Part shown: positions 58,621-64,000 of the stretch, piece by piece
How the letters are laid out: each line of letters begins with the position of its first letter
Numbering within the stretch: the first letter of the stretch is position 1
NCBI GenBank assembly: GCA_034226945.1
Contig: CP120457.1
Span: forward strand, 992,001 to 1,056,000
Direction of reading: 5' to 3'
DNA: 64,000 nucleotides
Source: Picochlorum sp. SENEW3
Lineage: Eukaryota
Notes under the pieces: generated by a model
Databases searched by the model: none
What the model was told of the DNA's origin: nothing
The model's input: the letters and a program-made list of their open reading frames with translations, nothing else
Position numbers and translations under genes: made by a program

Positions 58621-60129
58621 ATGAGTGCAAGTAGCAGCAGTGGTTGTAGCAGTCGAAAAAGTGGGGAGCAGGTGGGAGTGACGCACGAACAGCTGGTTGG
58701 CCAAGCATTTGTCAAGGCTGCTCAGATTATACTGGATGGTCGTGTGAGTCGCCCGGATGCTGATCACAAAAAGACACGAAAGGGTAGGTCTTGGTTTAAT
58801 ATACATGTGGAAGAGATGTGTGATGCCAAAGGGCGGCTAGAGCAGTGGAAGTCAGAAGCAAACCTGGGATTGCCTCTTGTGTTGGATATATTTGTGTGCC
58901 CTACATCCCTGAAGCATCCTCTATCTACGTCGCCGTCAGATGAGTCTAAAATGACGTTGGTCGAGCGATGGTGTATAGGGTATGTCCCTATTGTAGCAAA
59001 GCCACCACTATTGGGCCAATCATATCGCAGGTCCAGCCCTCGGGCATTATACAAGAGAATGTCGCTCATGATGAGGTCCCTGTACTCTTTACTGCGCATA
59101 TTGCCTGCACAGAAACTGAGAAAAATGGCAGAGAGAAACGAGTACGAGGAGTTTGTGCTGGATTACAGAATTCATTCCAGTGTTCGCAAAATAGATGATC
59201 ATGCCGAGGCATATGAATTTGCCCCAGTTGAAACAGCGGATGGTAGATTTACGGTCAAAGTTATGTATGTGGATAGAGAAATAGAGTCTGATTTTATACC
59301 ATGCTCTGCTAGGCGGGGTATATTAAGGAAAACGGGAGACTGTGTCAAAGTAACAGATGATGAAGCTGGTGGTGGAAAGGGGCGATTGCCCAGTTCTCCC
59401 ATGGCCATCCCTGATACCAGCGGAAATAGAATGGAGATATCGAGGAAGCTAAGCCTTCCATTAGATTCAAGAATGTCTTCATACAGACGGGCATATGCTC
59501 ATTCTCCTGGGTCGTCGAGAGAGGGCTTTTTCATGTCTGCAAGCCCTGACTTGCCATTTGCATTCACACCAACGCGGCAGTATGTAGCCACGTTTCCTAA
59601 ATCGAGTCCGAGGACAGATGGAACTTATGGGTCGTCTATAGGTAAAGATTTACAGATAACTACCTTGCGGAGAGATTCGAGTACTCGGTCATACCAGATG
59701 TCAGAGGAAATGTCAAGTATTGGCTACTCGGTGTCCCCTTTACAGGATCAATTGTTTGGAGTCGAGTACTCTCTACCAGATACGCCGACATATCTGCGAC
59801 GGAAAAGTCCGCGACATCGAATCTCTCCCAGGCCCGCGCCAATGCTGCTCCAATCATCGCCCTGGAACGAAGATTCTTCCTTGGGGGACAGAACCACTAC
59901 ATTTGTTGATTCAAAGGAGGATGAGCTACCTTTTGCTTTCAATGATGATTCAATACTAGAAGAAGGCGTGTATAGTACGGATGATATGTGTGCCAAAAAG
60001 AGTCTCGGTGTGCAGTTGGGTATGTTCACACAACTCATGAAGGAACCATCTCGTGGGAAAAGTAGCAAGCCATGTATGAGTCTTTCGAAAGCTGAGAAAC
60101 TCATCGATGAAACGTTGCACAGATTTTGA
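58621..60129 (+). CDS. ATG13: Autophagy-related protein 13 (HORMA domain + disordered tail)
   Basis: Motifs FVKAAQIILDGRV, SWFNI, LVERWCI, LYKRMSLMMRSLYSLLRILPA, FAPVETADGRF and later LPFA motifs. Confidence 0.9.
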   Translation: MSASSSSGCSSRKSGEQVGVTHEQLVGQAFVKAAQIILDGRVSRPDADHKKTRKGRSWFNIHVEEMCDAKGRLEQWKSEANLGLPLVLDIFVCPTSLKHPLSTSPSDESKMTLVERWCIGYVPIVAKPPLLGQSYRRSSPRALYKRMSLMMRSLYSLLRILPAQKLRKMAERNEYEEFVLDYRIHSSVRKIDDHAEAYEFAPVETADGRFTVKVMYVDREIESDFIPCSARRGILRKTGDCVKVTDDEAGGGKGRLPSSPMAIPDTSGNRMEISRKLSLPLDSRMSSYRRAYAHSPGSSREGFFMSASPDLPFAFTPTRQYVATFPKSSPRTDGTYGSSIGKDLQITTLRRDSSTRSYQMSEEMSSIGYSVSPLQDQLFGVEYSLPDTPTYLRRKSPRHRISPRPAPMLLQSSPWNEDSSLGDRTTTFVDSKEDELPFAFNDDSILEEGVYSTDDMCAKKSLGVQLGMFTQLMKEPSRGKSSKPCMSLSKAEKLIDETLHRF

Positions 60130-60134
60130 GCAAT

Positions 60135-62859
60135 TTACATGTGTATATTCCATATTTTAACCGAATGATCATCCCCTACACTGGAAATCTGGTGTTGCCC
60201 TGGTCGCCACTGGACACGTCGTACTGCAACAGCATGCTTCAGGTGCGCTGGAGAGGCATATACCAACTCAATACACTCCGACACGTCTATAACCTCTTTG
60301 AATCTATAGACATGCACATGCCCGTTCTCTAGTCCTGCCGCTATGAGTATAGCTTCTCCATCTTTCTGGCACGACACACTGTGCACGCTTGACTCACAGG
60401 ACATCTTTCCAACAGACGTCTCATCCGCGATCCCTTGTGCATTGACCTTCCAAACTTTGATTGTGGAATCTCGAGACGCTGTCACTATGTATTTGGAGTC
60501 TGGACTCCATGCTAAACCCCATATGATCCTTGCGTGAGCCTTCACCAGACATGCTCTTGAAAACTCAATCCCAGAGCCCCTTTTAAAGATGCACATCTTC
60601 CGATCCCTCCCCGCAGATGCCAAAAGTTCCCCACAAGGAGAAAATTCGAGATGCGTGACGGTCAAAGTATGGCCGTCCAATGTTTCTGAAAGGGTCCAGG
60701 ATTCTGTATTCCAGACAATAATACCTGCAGTGGAAGCAGATTGTGCCCTGCTCGCTGAAGCAACACAGTCACCCCTTGGGCTTGCCGCTACACAATACAC
60801 ATCATTACCATGACCATAAAGCTTGTGAGTTTCAGGCCATAGTGTATTCTGAGATAAATGCTCCTCGAGTGGGGGGCAGGTAACCACAGATGGTGCTGAC
60901 GTTGGGGCCAAATCAGCTCCATCATCATACCCACCACCAGACTGCTCTCTATCACCTTGATCCTCTTCATACAGCACAGCTTTGTTTGATAGTCCAAGCG
61001 CCGGCAAGGTGGCCCCCAATGCTCCACCAGCCTGCTCCTGTGAGAGGGCAACATCGTGTCCTTGCGCTGCCATCAATGTATCCAAAAATGCCCATGGGCT
61101 TTCAAACACTCGTAAAACCTTCTCCTCACTCCCACTGACGTACTTGTATTTCGATGCATCACCAGGCGCAGATACCATCGCGGCACAACTGAAATCATGT
61201 CCATGTATTTGCGGACGGGCAATTTCACACCACTCTCCCTGCGCCCCTGGCTCTGGCCGACTCTCTGTAAAAATTCTCGCGGTCTGATCTTCACTCACAG
61301 TCAAAAGAAACAAACCATCTCGAGACCAGGATGAGTCAACAACCGGTCCCATGTGACCACTCCCAGCAGTCCTTGGAATGAGAGAGCCATCCACACGATC
61401 CCACACATGGAGAGCACCAGTGTACCCGTGCGCAGCAATAGAACTCCCATCACAACTCCACGTGCACGTATAATATCCCAAGTGATTGATTCCAGCATCC
61501 CCAACAACTTCTGACGACAGCCAAACCCCTATACAGAATGATTACAAAGAATGTCATGCATCATGCCAAACCTCGACACACATTACGATATATACATGAC
61601 GAGAAGAACAGCATAACACATTATTACTCTAGCATTGCTTTTGACACCGCATGCCACGACATATATCGACAATGAGGTGCTTCGAACAATGCATATTCCA
61701 CCTTTCAGCATTCAATCACCACACACCTGATTGAACATCCTTCTTCCAAAGGATCATGGTTCTATCCATCGACGATGACAAGAGCGTGAGATCAGAAATA
61801 TCACTACATCTCTTCATATTCCACGCCACACGCATCACCCAGTCCTCATGCCCCACGAGCAATGCTTCCAAAATCACAGTGTACGCTGGCCTACCATTGA
61901 CTCTGATTTGAGGCTTTGGAGCATACTTTGTAATACCCAATTTGCTCAGCATCGAATCACCTTGACTCTGTTCACTCGATGAATCCTCAATAGACCACAG
62001 TCGAACATATCTATCCTGACTGCCAGTCGCCAGCATGAGCTTTTTGTCTGCCACATGAACAAAATCAACTCCCCGAATCCAATTCTGATGACCAGACAGA
62101 ACGCATGCCAGCGTAAAGGAAGACAATGATCCTTTCTCATCCATATATAGCTTTACCAATCCATCCACATATCCCATCGCCACCAACACAATACCATGAT
62201 CACGCGCACTGGGATGCGGCAGCATTCCAATGGCAGCACAATGAACCAACTTTGTCCCAAAAGACAGCCGCTGTGTCTCCTTACAAGACACCACATCATC
62301 CACAATATCCACGCCATACACCACAGCATCTCCATCCCCGCCTCCACTCACTAACACAAAGCCACCATGCCCCATACACTCCACTGCAAGACACGTCACA
62401 GGCCCACCATGCCCCTCCATCTTCAGGCACAACTCCCATCCACACTTCTCACGGACCTTCCAAACACAAATACACCCATCTCCTCCACCTGACACCAGAA
62501 ATCGGCCATCAGTACCACGACGACCGTCAGGCAACCACACCACATTCGTCACCACATCCTCGTGACCCAACAGCGTCCCCTCTACCCTTCCATTCTGCAG
62601 ATATCATGGTATATAGTAGTATTATATGCACATATATACGTCTGTAAATAAGATACCAGTCCCATCCCACCGCAACAGGGGGCATGTCATGCAGCCATGC
62701 AGCAAAATTCAGACAGCAAGAATAGCAAGAAAAAGCTCGCACCTGAATATTATACAGCACAACTACCCTATGAGATCCAAATGCAACAATTCCTTCGTCA
62801 TTCCATGTGATATTCCCAACGCATCGGTTGCAACCAGCACTTGTATATTCCAACTCCAT
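60135..62859 (-). CDS. ELP2: Elongator complex subunit 2 (WD40); introns ~62596-62742 and 61529-61726
   Basis: Motifs SAGCNR, LSGHQNWIR, ATGSQDRYVRLW, EALLVGHEDWV, EIARPQIHGHD, SGSEEKVLRVF, LPALGLSNKA and PPLEEHLSQNTLWPETHKLYGHG. Confidence 0.96.
61549..61693 (-). ncRNA. Intronic box H/ACA snoRNA, snR34/U65-like
   Basis: Hairpin 1 (GCATTG..CAATGC), H box AGAGTA, hairpin 2 (ATGTGTTATGCTG..TGGCATGATGCAT), then ACA+3 nt. Pocket TCGAAG/TCAAAA is complementary to LSU UUUUGA-U-C-CUUCGA. Confidence 0.82.
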
Positions 62860-63779
62860 GGTTTGGTGATTCTCATTCTACAGTGGAATCAACAACAATG
62901 CGGTAGTCCTAGGAATGATTTCCTATCCATAATCTCTGTTTCAAATAATAATCAAATCAATCACCATCTTCTGCGCAGAACACATTCTAGGAATTCCCAG
63001 GGGACGAGAGGGATCTCCAAAGAGGTTCGGTCGAGGGTGATGCTTGAAGGGCCGGAGTATCCAATGCCATATTCTCTCGGTCACTGGACATATTTGATGG
63101 GAACATAGCGAATAGAGAGAGATTGCTGTGCTGTCGGACACAGCCGTCCTCTTGTGGAACCGCTGCCCCCTGCAGTATCCCTCTTCCAAAGCACTTATTT
63201 GATTCACCAATTGGAAATTTTTTCACGTTCGGACGAGACAGCCTGCAGGTACGCGTGCAGTTGTGAATGGGTGCAGTGAACACGGAACGGGGCAGTCGTG
63301 TGATTGTTAGTTACCTGACAGCCTCGTTCACCCAATTGAATGGTTCAATATATTTTTCAATAGACATGGGTCGCCGATTTGGGGGTGAGGGGTGGTATGC
63401 TGGGACGAAAGGTGGCTCCGAACATGGGCGTTGGAAGCATCAAGATGTGACGCCGATGCCTTGAGCGTGGCCTTTCTGGCATTGGGTTGGTTGCGAGTAT
63501 GGGGTGGCCATAGTATCTAATGGATATTTATTGAGTAAAATTGTACCTTGGTTGTGCAGTTACCCCTGTGTGCGGTGTAGACGTGTGAGTGTTGTGAGGA
63601 CGTGTTTCAGAGTCGGAGCTTGTCAGGTATCTTCGGTAGAGGAGGTTGATTTGAGTATTTTTGATCAGGATATCCTGGAATTAATCGATTGACGACACGA
63701 GTCGGCAGTGGTACGTGTTTCGGTGGAACGAACGACAGCGGCGTGAGGGCTTTTTATTTTTTTCCGAAGGACATCTCAT

Positions 63780-64000
63780 ATGAAGCATCAGGCGACGAAT
63801 CTGCCAGCGGGTTTCCCGAAAGGATTGCATGTTTTGGTTGTGGACGAAGAGCAGAATCTCCCCGGTATCGAGGCGCAGCTGCGGCAGCCAGAGTTGCAGT
63901 ACAATGTGACCTGTGCCTGTAATGCCATGGAGGCTCTGGAGTTGTTGCGATATGCTGGTAATGGGCAAGGAGGGCGGCATAATTACACGTCATCGTTGGC
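63780..64000 (+). CDS. Response-regulator receiver-domain protein (type-B/pseudo-RR-like), truncated by the window end
   Basis: Not in the ORF track. Open frame MKHQATNLPAGFPKGLHVLVVDEE..LQYNVTCACNAMEALELLR, which matches the typical FPxGL(R/H)VLVVD receiver start. Confidence 0.8.
   Translation, partial: MKHQATNLPAGFPKGLHVLVVDEEQNLPGIEAQLRQPELQYNVTCACNAMEALELLRYAGNGQGGRHNYTSSL

Noticed and set aside
1..64000. Transposons, viral insertions, CRISPR arrays or rRNA genes
   Set aside because: No transposase, RT, integrase or capsid motifs, terminal repeats, spaced repeat arrays or rRNA sequence seen.

Overview
Gene-dense eukaryotic nuclear DNA from a compact green-algal genome. The short GT-AG introns, TGTAA poly(A)-type signals, plastid transit peptides and plant-type cryptochrome suggest a small trebouxiophyte such as Picochlorum (inference). 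About 37 protein-coding genes are supported, many split across ORF-track entries by introns. The standout is a circularly permuted tRNA-Tyr(GTA) gene at 54665-54770: its 3' half lies upstream of its 5' half, the flanks can pair into a BHB-like splice motif, and a T5 terminator follows. Unusually long introns host snoRNAs: two box C/D RNAs in UTP21/WDR36 and a snR34/U65-like H/ACA RNA in ELP2. Other points of interest are a tandem pair of unrecognised secreted Cys-rich mini-proteins, a secreted PAN/apple-PL14 lyase, a GH5 mannanase flanked by a ~200-bp direct duplication, and an NDUFS6 with a degenerate zinc site. All calls come from reading the sequence and recalled family motifs; no database searches were run.
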